Source: a virus (taxonomy: Duplodnaviria; Heunggongvirae; Uroviricota; Caudoviricetes). From it: a DNA stretch of 21,879 nucleotides. Below are positions 8,730 through 18,498 of this stretch, piece after piece. The stretch's first letter is position 1. Each line of letters begins with the position of its first letter. The translations under genes and the position numbers were made by a program. The notes beneath the pieces are model-generated. The model worked only from the letters and a program-made list of their open reading frames with translations. It was not told the DNA's origin and did no database searches. The stretch covers positions 1 to 21,879 of IMG/VR virus record IMGVR_UViG_2547132415_000014, one strand, 5' to 3'.

Positions 8730-9983
8730 ATGACTAACCAATTAGCAAAAGACCTTGAAATCATGTTCGAAAACTACGTTGAAGGCTTTGAGGCCGCCTG
8801 CGTAGTTTCCCGTAACGCTAAAAAATTCCGTCCCGGTGATACAGCAATGCAGCGAGCAGGTGATGTTCTGTATCGTCCGCAGCATTACCACATGAACATT
8901 GAGGAAGGCCTCGACCTCAGCAGCAAAACGCCAACAGCACTGGTTCAGCGCCTTGTTCCTTCTGTGTTCAAGGAGCCGAAAAACATTCTGTACACTCTGG
9001 ATGCGCGTGAAATGCGTGACCCGGAACATAAAACTGAAGCTGGTCGCGCTGCAGGTATGCGCCTTGCTGCACAGATTGACTCTGACCTGATTTCCATGGT
9101 CACGCAGCGTGCTACTAACGTGATCACAATGGCTGATTCAACCACTGGTTCACAGGGCCGTGATTTGTGGAACTGTGCGGCAGGTATTGATGCCACCATG
9201 ACGGCGATTGGTGTACCGCAGGGTATCAATCGTCGCTCTTTCTGGAACCCCTTCAACTACAAAGACCTTGCTGGCGAGCTTGGTCACCGTGCCTATGCTC
9301 AGGGCGCAACCCTGACAGCATACGAAAAAGCGCAGATCCCTCCGGTTGCGTCCTTCGATAGCTACAAGACCGATATTTCTGGTCGTGTTCCGAAGGGTAC
9401 AGCAACTTCCCTGACGCTGGCGGCTGAACCTGCGCACAAGGTTGAAGCGAAAGATGCCAACGATATGCCAGTGGATAACCGACAGGGGACTATTACGGTA
9501 TCTGCATCTGGGTTGCAGGTTGGCGATGCGTTCACCATTGCTGGCGTGAATTCTGTACACCAGATCACCAAAGACACCACCGGGCAGCCGCAGGTATTCC
9601 GCGTTCTGGCAGTAAGCGGAACGACAGTAACTATCTCCCCGAAAATTCTGCCGCCTGACAACGCAGATGTCGCCAGCCGTCCATATGCAAACGTTGATGC
9701 TAACGCGGCAAATGGTGCAGCAATTACCATTCTCAACAAGAATGCCGCACCGGCTAACCTGTTCTGGGCTGATGGTTCTGTTGAGCTGATGTACGGCAAA
9801 CTGGCGTTCCCGACTGGTCAGGGTCCACAGGTAATGACAGCAACCACCGAGCAGGGCGCTACGCTGATCATGTCTTACGCCTTCGACCACATCAAAGGCG
9901 TAACCACTGCGCGTTTCACCACTCTGTACGGTTGCTCTGTACTTGTTCCTGAATATACGGGCATCGTTATTGCCGGGCAGTAA
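8730..9983 (+). CDS. major capsid (coat) protein, P22 gp5-like HK97 fold
   Basis: 417 aa; strong SD (cggag); followed directly by a strong terminator; position and size match P22/Sf6-type coat proteins. Confidence 0.9.
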   Translation: MTNQLAKDLEIMFENYVEGFEAACVVSRNAKKFRPGDTAMQRAGDVLYRPQHYHMNIEEGLDLSSKTPTALVQRLVPSVFKEPKNILYTLDAREMRDPEHKTEAGRAAGMRLAAQIDSDLISMVTQRATNVITMADSTTGSQGRDLWNCAAGIDATMTAIGVPQGINRRSFWNPFNYKDLAGELGHRAYAQGATLTAYEKAQIPPVASFDSYKTDISGRVPKGTATSLTLAAEPAHKVEAKDANDMPVDNRQGTITVSASGLQVGDAFTIAGVNSVHQITKDTTGQPQVFRVLAVSGTTVTISPKILPPDNADVASRPYANVDANAANGAAITILNKNAAPANLFWADGSVELMYGKLAFPTGQGPQVMTATTEQGATLIMSYAFDHIKGVTTARFTTLYGCSVLVPEYTGIVIAGQ

Positions 9984-9989
9984 TTTTGG

Positions 9990-10010
9990 TGGGGCTTCGG
10001 CCCCATTTTT
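9990..10010 (+). terminator. intrinsic terminator after the coat gene (tggggc-ttcg-gcccca then T5)
   Basis: Perfect 6-bp GC stem with a ttcg tetraloop, followed by ttttt 10006-10010. Confidence 0.65.
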
Positions 10011-10024
10011 ATTGGGAGAAGACA

Positions 10025-10213
10025 ATGGCACGAACAATGCTCTATAAGCCGGGCAACATGATCACCTGTGGTCAGTTTGCTGTCGATTACATCATTGTTG
10101 ATGACGAAGAAGTTAAATCTCACCTGAAAAAAGGTTGGGTGAAAACTCCTGAAGAAACCGCAACGAAGCAAAAAGTGGCTAAGGCGGAAGAAGATGGCGA
10201 AAACGAAGGGTGA
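10025..10213 (+). CDS. hypothetical small protein (62 aa)
   Basis: ATG 10025 preceded by gggagaag; the longer ORF from 9986 would start inside the terminator hairpin, so the internal start is preferred; overlaps the gp4 start by 20 nt. Confidence 0.45.
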   Translation: MARTMLYKPGNMITCGQFAVDYIIVDDEEVKSHLKKGWVKTPEETATKQKVAKAEEDGENEG

Positions 10214-10655
10214 TCTCGTTCTAAAGGCTTTACGAAAAGCCGGGCTGTATTCCAATGCCACGTTGACAGATGCTGACCCTCAGGCAATTGAAGATGCCAT
10301 TAATGACCTCGAAGACATGATGGCAGCATGGCAGGCTAAAGGTATCGAGCTTGGATATCAGTTTGCTGATACAGAAAACGGCATCATGCCGTTACCTGAC
10401 GATGATTCAGGCATCCCTGCATGGGCAAATGATGGCGTCGCTTTGAAACTCGCTGTGCAAGTGTGCATGGATAACGTCATTCAGCCGTCAGACGCTCTCC
10501 TTACCGCTGCTGACAGTGCATATCAAACAATCTGTATCGCTTTAACCAAAATACCACCACTTGAGCGGCGAAATGACATGCCTCGCGGTAGTGGCAACAA
10601 AAGCGCGTTTACGTGGAATCGGTTTTACATCGAGAAAGATGATCCGAGTACGTGA
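10194..10655 (+). CDS. head-to-tail adaptor (P22 gp4-like)
   Basis: 153 aa; N-terminus KTKGDLVLKALRKAGLYSNATLTDADPQAIEDAINDLEDMMAAW and MPRGSGN motif recalled as P22 gp4-like. Confidence 0.85.
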   Translation: MAKTKGDLVLKALRKAGLYSNATLTDADPQAIEDAINDLEDMMAAWQAKGIELGYQFADTENGIMPLPDDDSGIPAWANDGVALKLAVQVCMDNVIQPSDALLTAADSAYQTICIALTKIPPLERRNDMPRGSGNKSAFTWNRFYIEKDDPST

Positions 10656-10664
10656 GGTGAATAA

Positions 10665-12083
10665 ATGCCGATTCAGCAACTTCCGCTTATGAAAGGTGTC
10701 GGCAAAGATTTCCGAAACGCCGACTATATCGACTATCTGCCAGTGAATATGTTGGCTACACCCAAAGAAATCCTTAACAGCAGCGGATATCTTCGCTCAT
10801 TCCCGGGCATTGCCAAACGCTCTGATGTGAACGGTGTATCGCGCGGCGTCGAGTACAACATGGCGCAGAATGCTGTTTATCGCGTGTGTGGTGGCAAACT
10901 GTACAAAGGAGAAAGCGAAGTCGGTGATGTTGCCGGAAGTGGTCGTGTATCAATGGCGCATGGTCGGACATCTCAGGCTGTAGGCGTTAATGGTCAACTT
11001 ATCGAGTATCGCTATGATGGTACGGTTAAAACCGTCTCAAACTGGCCTACAGACAGTGGATTCACTCAGTATGAGTTAGGTTCAGTTCGCGACATTACGC
11101 GCTTGCGTGGGCGTTATGCGTGGTCAAAAGACGGCACTGATTCATGGTTCATCACTGACCTTGAAGACGAATCGCATCCTGACCGTTACAGCGCACAATA
11201 TCGCGCAGAATCGCAGCCGGACGGCATCATCGGTATCGGCACATGGCGAGATTTCATCGTCTGTTTTGGTTCATCGACGATTGAATATTTTTCCCTGACT
11301 GGTGCAACCACTGTTGGTGCCGCTTTGTATGTCGCACAGCCATCACTGATGGTGCAGAAAGGTATTGCCGGAACTTACTGCAAAACACCATTCGCTGATT
11401 CCTATGCGTTTATCAGCAATCCGGCAACAGGTGCGCCGTCTATATATATCATCGGCTCCGGTCAGGTGTCACCAATCGCCAGCGCGAGCATTGAGAAAAT
11501 CCTCCGCTCCTACACTGCTGATGAACTGGCTGATGGCGTGATGGAGTCTCTGCGATTTGATGCGCATGAGCTGCTGATTATCCACCTTCCGCGCCATGTT
11601 CTTGTTTACGACGCATCTTCAAGCGCCAATGGTCCGCAATGGTGTGTGCTGAAAACAGGCCTGTATGACGATGTGTACCGCGCTATCGACTTCATTTACG
11701 AAGGCAATCAGATAACGTGCGGCGATAAGCTGGAGTCCGTGACCGGGAAATTGCAGTTCGATATCAGCAGTCAGTATGGTCTTCAACAGGAACACCTGCT
11801 GTTTACTCCGTTGTTCAAAGCGGATAATGCCAGAGTGTTCGACCTTGAGGTTGAGTCGTCAACTGGCGTTGCGCAGTATGCTGACCGCCTTTTTCTCTCT
11901 GCAACCACTGACGGCATCAATTACGGGCGTGAGCAGATGATTGAGCAGAATGAACCGTTCGTTTACGACAAACGTGTTTTGTGGAAGCGTGTCGGGCGCA
12001 TCAGGAAAAATGTCGGCTTCAAATTGCGCGTTATCACTAAGTCACCTGTCACTCTGTCAGGCTGCTCTATTAGGCTGGAGTAA
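10665..12083 (+). CDS. tail hub / head-completion protein (P22 gp10-like)
   Basis: 472 aa; begins MPIQQLPLMKGVGKDFRNADYIDYLPVNMLATPKEILNSSGYLRSFPGI, recalled as closely matching P22 gp10. Confidence 0.9.
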   Translation: MPIQQLPLMKGVGKDFRNADYIDYLPVNMLATPKEILNSSGYLRSFPGIAKRSDVNGVSRGVEYNMAQNAVYRVCGGKLYKGESEVGDVAGSGRVSMAHGRTSQAVGVNGQLIEYRYDGTVKTVSNWPTDSGFTQYELGSVRDITRLRGRYAWSKDGTDSWFITDLEDESHPDRYSAQYRAESQPDGIIGIGTWRDFIVCFGSSTIEYFSLTGATTVGAALYVAQPSLMVQKGIAGTYCKTPFADSYAFISNPATGAPSIYIIGSGQVSPIASASIEKILRSYTADELADGVMESLRFDAHELLIIHLPRHVLVYDASSSANGPQWCVLKTGLYDDVYRAIDFIYEGNQITCGDKLESVTGKLQFDISSQYGLQQEHLLFTPLFKADNARVFDLEVESSTGVAQYADRLFLSATTDGINYGREQMIEQNEPFVYDKRVLWKRVGRIRKNVGFKLRVITKSPVTLSGCSIRLE

Positions 12084-12085
12084 TA

Positions 12086-12579
12086 ATGATTTCACATGAA
12101 GAGTTGAAGCGTCATTTATCATATGACCCAGAAACCGGGGTTTTACCCGAAAAATATCAAATACAGCGAGCGTCACCGTTGGTGATGAAGCGGGAACCAT
12201 GTGCACTGGTTATTTAAGGATAATGGTCTGTGGTAAGAGATACTTAGCGCATAGGCTTGCTTGGTTTTATATGACAGGAAAACCTGCAAATTGCTTAATA
12301 GATCATATTAACGGAGACAGAACGGATAACAGATTTTCAAATTTAAGATTGGCAAATAGATCCCAGAATGGGATGAACAGGAATATTCAAAGAAATAATA
12401 AGTCAGGATATCCGGGTGTCTGTTGGCACAAAAATCTCTGCAAGTGGACTGTTTCTTTCAAGAAAAATAAAAAACAGGTTCACGTTGGATGCTTCGATGA
12501 CCTGGACGAAGCTATCTCAGCATCAATGATGGCAAGAGCAGAAAATTTTGGAGAGTTTGCAAGGCAGAGGATTGAGTAA
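12086..12579 (+). pseudogene. free-standing HNH homing endonuclease gene, interrupted by a 1-nt frameshift in the G4T4 run at 12137-12144
   Basis: ATG 12086 encodes MISHEELKRHLSYDPETGV then runs into a stop at 12212-12214; the -1 frame continues FTRKISNTASVTVGDEAGT into the 12199 ORF. Inserting one T in the T4 run restores a single ORF of about 164 codons. Confidence 0.5.
12199..12579 (+). CDS. HNH endonuclease, C-terminal ORF (HNH motif plus AP2-like DNA-binding domain)
   Basis: 126 aa with AHRLAW...[24 protein letters not shown] (HNH) and [19 protein letters not shown] (AP2-like); visibly AT-rich versus flanking structural genes; stop overlaps the needle start (TAATG). Confidence 0.8.
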   Translation: MCTGYLRIMVCGKRYLAHRLAWFYMTGKPANCLIDHINGDRTDNRFSNLRLANRSQNGMNRNIQRNNKSGYPGVCWHKNLCKWTVSFKKNKKQVHVGCFDDLDEAISASMMARAENFGEFARQRIE

Positions 12580-13280
12580 TGGTTGATTCATCACTGAATG
12601 ATCCTGTTGTGGTTCAGGCTACGCGCCTTGATGCTTCAATTTTGCCACGCAATATATTCAGCCAGTCTTACCTGCTGTATGTCATAAATCAGGGAGCTGA
12701 TGTCGGCGCAATTGCCGGGAAGGCAAATCAGGCTGGTCAGGGCGCTTACGATGCTCAGGTAAAAAACGATGAACAGGACGTCGAACTGGCTGATCACGAC
12801 GCAAGAATCACCGCAAACACAAAAGCGATAAATCTACTTGAGGTCAGGTTAACAACTGCCGAAGGGAAGATAGTCGTACTGCGTAGCGATGTTGATTACT
12901 TGCTGGATGAGGTTATCGATATTCAGGCGCATCTGGTCACTGTTGACCAAAGACTGGATGACGTAGAAAGCGATGTATCTGACATTAAGAGTGATTACGT
13001 ATCGAAAACCGTAACCGAATCGCAGTCTCTTGCGTCACCGCTGGATGTAAAAACATCATATTCAGTTGATGGGATTCAGGTCGTTGGAGCAAGGCAGACC
13101 GGATGGACGGCGGCCACAGGTACACCTCTTCTTGGCTCATTCAACGCTAACCAGTCATACACTGTCGGCACTACGTACGCACAATCCGAAGTCGCAGCTC
13201 TCGCTACAGGTTTGCAGCAGTCGCGGCAGCGTATTCTGGCGCTTGAAACAGCACTTAGATTACATGGGCTGATTGACTGA
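12579..13280 (+). CDS. tail needle (P22 gp26-like trimeric coiled-coil plug)
   Basis: 233 aa; N-terminus [66 protein letters not shown] and C-terminus LRLHGLID recalled as P22 gp26-like. Confidence 0.9.
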   Translation: MVDSSLNDPVVVQATRLDASILPRNIFSQSYLLYVINQGADVGAIAGKANQAGQGAYDAQVKNDEQDVELADHDARITANTKAINLLEVRLTTAEGKIVVLRSDVDYLLDEVIDIQAHLVTVDQRLDDVESDVSDIKSDYVSKTVTESQSLASPLDVKTSYSVDGIQVVGARQTGWTAATGTPLLGSFNANQSYTVGTTYAQSEVAALATGLQQSRQRILALETALRLHGLID

Positions 13281-13735
13281 TGATTACATTCAAACCAACG
13301 CGAAACATCGACCTGATAGAAGCAGTCGGAAATCACCATGACATTATCGCCGGGAGCAACAACGGTGATGGATACGACTACAAACCTGAATGCCGTTACT
13401 TTGAGGTTAACGTGCACGGGCAGTTCGGCGGCATTGTTTACTATCAGGAGATTCAGCCGCTGACATTCGATTGCCACGCCATGTACCTGCCAGAGATTCG
13501 AGGCTTCAGCAAGGAAATCGGGCTGGCGTTCTGGCGATACATTCTGACTAACACCACCGTTCAGTGCGTCACATCGTTCGCTGCGCGCAAATTCCGCCAC
13601 GGTCAGATGTACTGCGCAATGATTGGTCTTAAGCGTGTAGGAACCATCAAGAAATACTTCAAAGGCGTGGATGACGTGACGTTTTACAGCGCCACACGTG
13701 AAGAACTAATCGACTTCCTGAATAACGGGAGATAG
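13280..13735 (+). CDS. P22 gp14-like protein (head/ejection-associated)
   Basis: 151-aa ORF translationally coupled to the needle gene (TGATG); assignment rests on its position between gp26 and gp7 in the P22 gene order. Confidence 0.65.
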   Translation: MITFKPTRNIDLIEAVGNHHDIIAGSNNGDGYDYKPECRYFEVNVHGQFGGIVYYQEIQPLTFDCHAMYLPEIRGFSKEIGLAFWRYILTNTTVQCVTSFAARKFRHGQMYCAMIGLKRVGTIKKYFKGVDDVTFYSATREELIDFLNNGR

Positions 13736-13737
13736 CC

Positions 13738-14430
13738 ATGTTATATGCATTTAAGCTGGGCAGAAAACTGCGCGGCGAGGAACCTTATTGTCCTGAAAAA
13801 GGCGGGAAAGGTGGCTCCGATAAAAGCGCAAAGTATGCAGCAGAAGCCCAGAAGTATGCCGCAGACCTGCAAAATCAGCAGTTCAACACCATCATGAACA
13901 ACCTGAAACCGTTTACTCCTCTGGCTGAGAAGTATGTCGGCAGCCTCGAGAACTTATCGTCTCTGGAGGGGCAAGGTCAGGCGCTTAACCAGTATTACAA
14001 CTCTCAGCAGTACAAAGACCTTGCTGGTCAGGCGCGCTATCAGAGTCTGGCGGCAGCGGAAGCAACAGGTGGATTGGGTTCCACCGCAACCAGTAATCAG
14101 TTAGCAACAATCGCACCAACGCTTGGTCAGCAGTGGCTGTCTGGTCAGATGAACAACTACCAGAATCTGGCAAATATTGGTCTTGGCGCGCTTCAGGGGC
14201 AGGCAAATGCCGGGCAAACATATGCCAACAACATGAGCCAGATTTCACAGCAAAGCGCGGCACTGGCGGCGGCAAACGCTAATAGACCTTCCGGCCTTCA
14301 ATCTGCAATAGGCGGGGCTGCCTCTGGAGCAATTGCTGGAGCACAACTTGGCAGCATTGTTCCTGGTATTGGTACTGGTATTGGTGCCGCTGTTGGTGGC
14401 GGTCTTGGTCTGCTTGGCTCGTTGTTTTAA
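13738..14430 (+). CDS. ejection protein (P22 gp7-like) with Gly/Ala-rich hydrophobic C-terminus
   Basis: 230 aa beginning MLYAFKLGRKLRGEEPYCPEKGGKGGS; Gln/Asn-rich middle and GxxxG-rich C-terminal tail; position in the 7-20-16 ejection block. Confidence 0.85.
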   Translation: MLYAFKLGRKLRGEEPYCPEKGGKGGSDKSAKYAAEAQKYAADLQNQQFNTIMNNLKPFTPLAEKYVGSLENLSSLEGQGQALNQYYNSQQYKDLAGQARYQSLAAAEATGGLGSTATSNQLATIAPTLGQQWLSGQMNNYQNLANIGLGALQGQANAGQTYANNMSQISQQSAALAAANANRPSGLQSAIGGAASGAIAGAQLGSIVPGIGTGIGAAVGGGLGLLGSLF

Positions 14431-14439
14431 GGGGTAATC

Positions 14440-15915
14440 ATGGCTACGTGGCAACAGGGTATTAATTCTGGTGGTTTTCTGGCTGGCATCGGTACGCAAA
14501 ATGAGAATGCGCCAAAGGCAAGCGACATTAACGCAACGCTTGGTCTGATCCGCGAAAACAATGAATTGGCTCGATCAGGTGCAAATAACGTTGGTCTGAC
14601 CGCGTTACGTGGTCTGGCTGGAGTTGCTGATATTTATAAGCAGGAACAGCAACAGAAAGCTATTAGGGCGTTCAATAAGGTTCACGCTGATGCATGGGCT
14701 TCTGGTGATCCATCGGGACTATTTAAGTTTGCCAAGGAAAATCCAGCGTTTGTTGCACAGGCACAACAGGCGTTTTCCGGTCTTAATGAGCAGCAACGTA
14801 ACGATATGGGCGATTTAGCCATGAGGGCTAACGTCGCTCTTTCTCAGGGACCGGAAGCCTACAGTAAATTCATTACTGACAACAAGGACAGGTTAAATCG
14901 CGTTGGCGCTAATGCTGACTGGATGATTCAGACAGGTATTCAGAATCCAGAGCAGCTATCACACATGCTGACTACTATGTCTCTCGGTGCGCTTGGACCA
15001 GAAAAGGCGTTTGCTGTTCAGGACAAGATAGCTGGTCGTGAGATTGACCGAGGCAGACTGGCAGAGACAATCCGCAGCAATCAGGCCAGCGAAGCACTTC
15101 AGGCGAGAGGGCAGGATATTAGCCGAGCAAATGCGTTAACGTCAGCATATGCACCAACAGCCGCAATGCAGAATTACAATCAGTACGCGCAAATGTTAAA
15201 GGCGGATCCAGATGGTGCAGCGGCATTTGCGGCAGCGGCGGGAATTAATCCCAATGCTAAGAAATTACTTAAGGTTGAAACCAATCCTGATGGCTCGGTA
15301 ACTAAGTATTACACCGATGGCAGCGAGGAAGCAGGAAAACTAAACCAACCTATATCTGGTGATGGCATTAAACCAATTAGTTTGCCACAAGCGCAAAGCA
15401 TCATAGATAAGGCTAATGAGGGTTCCAAGAAGGCGGCAGGATTTGCTTTGCGATTAAAAGATTCAATGGACTCAATGAATCAGCTTAGTAAAAGCATTGA
15501 CCCTAAGCGAGTTGCATTAATAAATCGCTCTCTTGGTGATGGGACTATTGCAAATTTAAGCCTATCACCAGCGGAGCAGCAATATATGGTAAATGCGAGA
15601 GACGCCTTGTATGCAATTTTGCGCCCAGAAACAGGTGCAGCAATTACTCTGCCAGAGATGCAGGAGTATTCCAAAATGTACCTGCCTCAGCCCGGTGATT
15701 CCAAGGCTGCTACTGAAACAAAAATGCGAAAAATGCAGGGCCAATATAACTCATTACGTGGTCAGTCTGGTCGCGTTTATGATGCTTTGGTGGTTTCAAG
15801 TGCTGCAAATAGTCAACAACAGAGCAATAGCCAACAACCGACAAATACCCAACAGCAGCAGAGTCAATCCGGATCATATACCTCAAAATCAGGCATTCAA
15901 TTTACGGTGGAATGA
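14440..15915 (+). CDS. ejection protein (P22 gp20-like)
   Basis: 491 aa; second gene of the ejection block; Q/S-rich low-complexity C-terminal tail. Confidence 0.85.
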   Translation: MATWQQGINSGGFLAGIGTQNENAPKASDINATLGLIRENNELARSGANNVGLTALRGLAGVADIYKQEQQQKAIRAFNKVHADAWASGDPSGLFKFAKENPAFVAQAQQAFSGLNEQQRNDMGDLAMRANVALSQGPEAYSKFITDNKDRLNRVGANADWMIQTGIQNPEQLSHMLTTMSLGALGPEKAFAVQDKIAGREIDRGRLAETIRSNQASEALQARGQDISRANALTSAYAPTAAMQNYNQYAQMLKADPDGAAAFAAAAGINPNAKKLLKVETNPDGSVTKYYTDGSEEAGKLNQPISGDGIKPISLPQAQSIIDKANEGSKKAAGFALRLKDSMDSMNQLSKSIDPKRVALINRSLGDGTIANLSLSPAEQQYMVNARDALYAILRPETGAAITLPEMQEYSKMYLPQPGDSKAATETKMRKMQGQYNSLRGQSGRVYDALVVSSAANSQQQSNSQQPTNTQQQQSQSGSYTSKSGIQFTVE

Positions 15916-17753
15916 TGAAAGTAACTGCAAACGGTAAGACATTTACCTTCCCTGATGGTACGAGCACGGAAGATATTGGCACCGCCATTGATGAGTATTT
16001 TGCTGGTCAGGCTGTTCAGCAACAAACAGTTAATCAGGCCAATAATGAACCAGCACGTGAAGAACCATCATTGATGCAACAAGCTGGCGATTGGCTCACA
16101 GGTGGTCAAAGTGCAGGGCAAATTGCAGAGCAGGCTGGTCGTGGTCTGGTAAACATACCATTTGACGTATTGCAGGGTGGCGCAAGTCTGATTAATGCAA
16201 TCAGTCAGGGGCTTGGTGGGCCAAAAGTTTTGGATGATGTTTATCGTCCTGTAGATAAACCGACAGACCCATACGCACAAGCCGGTGAAACAATTGGTGG
16301 GTATTTAGTTCCAGGAGTTGGAACGGCAGGAAGCATGGCTATTGGATCGCTGGCAGAGGCCGCAAATCAGAAAGGCGATTTCGCACAAAATGCAGCTAAA
16401 AATGCCGGAGTTAACCTTGCCGCTCAGGGTGTTCTTTCCGCAGCAGCAAAGGGAATAGGGCGTGGAATAACGGCTATAAAAGGTGATATTGCGCCAGAAG
16501 TGGCGAAGAAAATTGCCACATCAGAATCGATGGGCGTGACACCAATGACATCTGATGTTATCCCGCCGAAAAATGCTTTCACTCGCGGCCTTACTCAGGA
16601 TGCCGAGGGGGCTTTGCTCGGGACGGGCTCAAAGCGAGCAGAGCAATATGCAACGCGTAGTAAGCTGGTAAGCAATTATTTTGACCGTTTTGGTGAGTAC
16701 AACCCTGATGATGTGGTGAAATCTCTGACCACCACGTTAAGGGGGCGGAAGGATGCTGCTGGCGCTGTTATCAATGACGTCACCAATAAAATGGGTAATG
16801 CCGCAGTTGATACTACAAATACCATGAATGCTCTGAATACAGCGATCGCAAGACAGGAACGGCTTGGGACTTCAGCCAATCAAAGCCTGCTTACATCCTT
16901 GCGTAACCTGCGTGAAGAATTAGCAAACCCTGCAACTGATTTGGATGTTACGTTTGATCTCTTGCGTCAGCACAGAACAGCATTTAGATCTAATGTTCAG
17001 GGAGATGCTATGGTCTTCCCCAACCAGGCAAAAGCAGCTACCAATATGGTAGAGAATGCAATGTCAAAAGACCTTCGTAACGCAGTTGCAAAAAACCTCG
17101 GTGCGTCAGACGCAGCAAAATACCTTAAAGCAAATTCCGATTATGCAAACGTTTATAATAAGGTGCTTAATAAAAACATTGCTAACAAGCTCAACAAGGC
17201 AAGCAGTGAAGCCAGTCCTGAACTTATAAATACTGTTGTATTAAGCAGAAAACCATCTGACGTGAAACGAATCTGGAGCGCATTGGATGATAAAGGGAAA
17301 GATGCTATGCGTGCAGCTTACGTCAGCAAAATAGCGGAAAAGGCCGGTGACTCTCCAGCCAAGTTCATCACTGAAGTTAATAAGCTGAAATCTCAGTCAG
17401 GCGGTGAAATTTACAACACTATTTTTTCTGGAAAGCACATGAAAGAGCTTGATTCTCTTCATGAAGTTCTAAAGCAAACAGCAAGGTCAGACACCGCAAA
17501 TGTAGTAACTCAGACGGGGCAATCGCAAGCCAACCGGATAAGGACGATTGGCGCAACTGCGACTCTTGGCGTATCAATGGGGCTTGAGGCTGGCTTTGGT
17601 GCAATGATGCGTTTGTATGAGTCTAAAGCAGCAAGAAACATGCTTCTCCGCCTTGCAAACGTCAAGCCTGGAACTCCGGCATATGAGCGAGCGTTAAATC
17701 AGGCTGCTAACGCCGTTCGCCCTCTCCTAACTAACGAAGCTACCAGGCAGTAG
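15912..17753 (+). CDS. ejection protein (P22 gp16-like)
   Basis: 613 aa beginning [38 protein letters not shown], recalled as P22 gp16-like; start overlaps the gp20 stop (the true start may be the second ATG at 15915). Confidence 0.9.
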   Translation: MMKVTANGKTFTFPDGTSTEDIGTAIDEYFAGQAVQQQTVNQANNEPAREEPSLMQQAGDWLTGGQSAGQIAEQAGRGLVNIPFDVLQGGASLINAISQGLGGPKVLDDVYRPVDKPTDPYAQAGETIGGYLVPGVGTAGSMAIGSLAEAANQKGDFAQNAAKNAGVNLAAQGVLSAAAKGIGRGITAIKGDIAPEVAKKIATSESMGVTPMTSDVIPPKNAFTRGLTQDAEGALLGTGSKRAEQYATRSKLVSNYFDRFGEYNPDDVVKSLTTTLRGRKDAAGAVINDVTNKMGNAAVDTTNTMNALNTAIARQERLGTSANQSLLTSLRNLREELANPATDLDVTFDLLRQHRTAFRSNVQGDAMVFPNQAKAATNMVENAMSKDLRNAVAKNLGASDAAKYLKANSDYANVYNKVLNKNIANKLNKASSEASPELINTVVLSRKPSDVKRIWSALDDKGKDAMRAAYVSKIAEKAGDSPAKFITEVNKLKSQSGGEIYNTIFSGKHMKELDSLHEVLKQTARSDTANVVTQTGQSQANRIRTIGATATLGVSMGLEAGFGAMMRLYESKAARNMLLRLANVKPGTPAYERALNQAANAVRPLLTNEATRQ

Positions 17754-17772
17754 AAATGAACGCCAAGGAAGG

Positions 17773-18102
17773 CTATTTAATTCTCTTTTCAATGGCTGCA
17801 ATTATTGCTTTTCCTGATGTTTCAGGAGATTTTGTAGCCATATAAGACGAAAAAATCATGTCGGTCATTCTTTCATAACTTACTATTTCCCACTTAGCCA
17901 ATGCATGGGACAGTTTGTAGTTGTCATCAGTTAGTGCCCTTATGGAATTTTTTAAGTGTTTATTCTCTTCTGTTAATCGCGCAATTTTTGTATCAATTTC
18001 ATGTGAGCGATCTAATTCCTTAACCTGTTTCTTGAGGGCAGCTAACCCTGCATATAGTACGCAACAGGATATCCCAAGAGCGAGTACGACTATTTCTAAC
18101 AC
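17773..18102 (-). CDS. small bitopic membrane protein: N-terminal TM helix plus coiled-coil domain (function unknown)
   Basis: GTG start at 18102 with a strong SD AAGGAGG 5 nt upstream (plus-strand cctcctt 18108-18114); product MLEIVVLALGISCCVLYAGLAAL then a heptad-like KKQVKELDRSHEIDTKIARLTEENKHLKNSIRAL; AT-rich. The 181-aa ATG-extended version looks like antisense junk. Confidence 0.6.
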   Translation of the reverse strand: MLEIVVLALGISCCVLYAGLAALKKQVKELDRSHEIDTKIARLTEENKHLKNSIRALTDDNYKLSHALAKWEIVSYERMTDMIFSSYMATKSPETSGKAIIAAIEKRIK

Positions 18103-18132
18103 ACCAACCTCCTTAGTTTTTCGCAGGATACC

Positions 18133-18498
18133 ATGAAAAAAGTTAACATTGGAAACGTACCAAAGATGCTCGTTCCGCTCTTTGAGAGCGGTACAATTGT
18201 GTTTTGTAGAGACTTTCCAGAATGGCAACGCCTGCATCAAAAACTTGGTGTGGACGTGCAGGACTCGGATGCCAACGGAGCGTCTCATACAATGAGCAGC
18301 GAGAATGGTGTTTTGCATGTGATAGGCGTGTTCAATGGCAAACTATCTACTATTGCCCATGAGTGCGCTCACATGGCATTCGATATCTGCTCAAGGGTCG
18401 GTGTTGATGTTGAACCAGGAAGAGCCAACGAGACTTACTGCTACTTAATGAGCAGGCTTGTTGAGTTCTGCGAGCGACATATCAAAAAGCCGGAGTGA
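18133..18498 (+). CDS. HExxH zincin-like small protein, possible minimal ImmA/IrrE-type metallopeptidase (function unknown)
   Basis: 121 aa; motif TIAHECAHMAF followed about 14-20 residues later by E...ANE...YLM, a pattern recalled from M78-type peptidases; SD-like agga 5 nt before the ATG. Start codon uncertain (internal Met alternatives exist). Confidence 0.55.
   Translation: MKKVNIGNVPKMLVPLFESGTIVFCRDFPEWQRLHQKLGVDVQDSDANGASHTMSSENGVLHVIGVFNGKLSTIAHECAHMAFDICSRVGVDVEPGRANETYCYLMSRLVEFCERHIKKPE

Noticed and set aside
9986-10024. Upstream extension of the small ORF to ATG 9986
   Set aside because: This start lies inside the coat terminator hairpin and lacks an SD; the ATG at 10025 with a gggagaag SD is the better start.
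9150-10037. 295-aa minus-strand ORF antisense to the coat gene
   Set aside because: Fully overlaps the confidently assigned coat gene; product is Cys/Arg-rich and antisense-like; no SD.
12137-12145. Programmed -1 ribosomal frameshift site in the HNH gene
   Set aside because: The G4T4 run does not fit the X_XXY_YYZ heptamer in the zero frame and no downstream pseudoknot is apparent; a homopolymer indel or sequencing error is more parsimonious.
17773-18318. 181-aa minus-strand ORF starting at ATG 18318
   Set aside because: Its N-terminal 72 residues overlap the HExxH gene antisense and have non-protein-like composition (His/Cys/Trp-rich, no SD); a GTG at 18102 with a perfect AAGGAGG SD gives a coherent TM plus coiled-coil protein instead.
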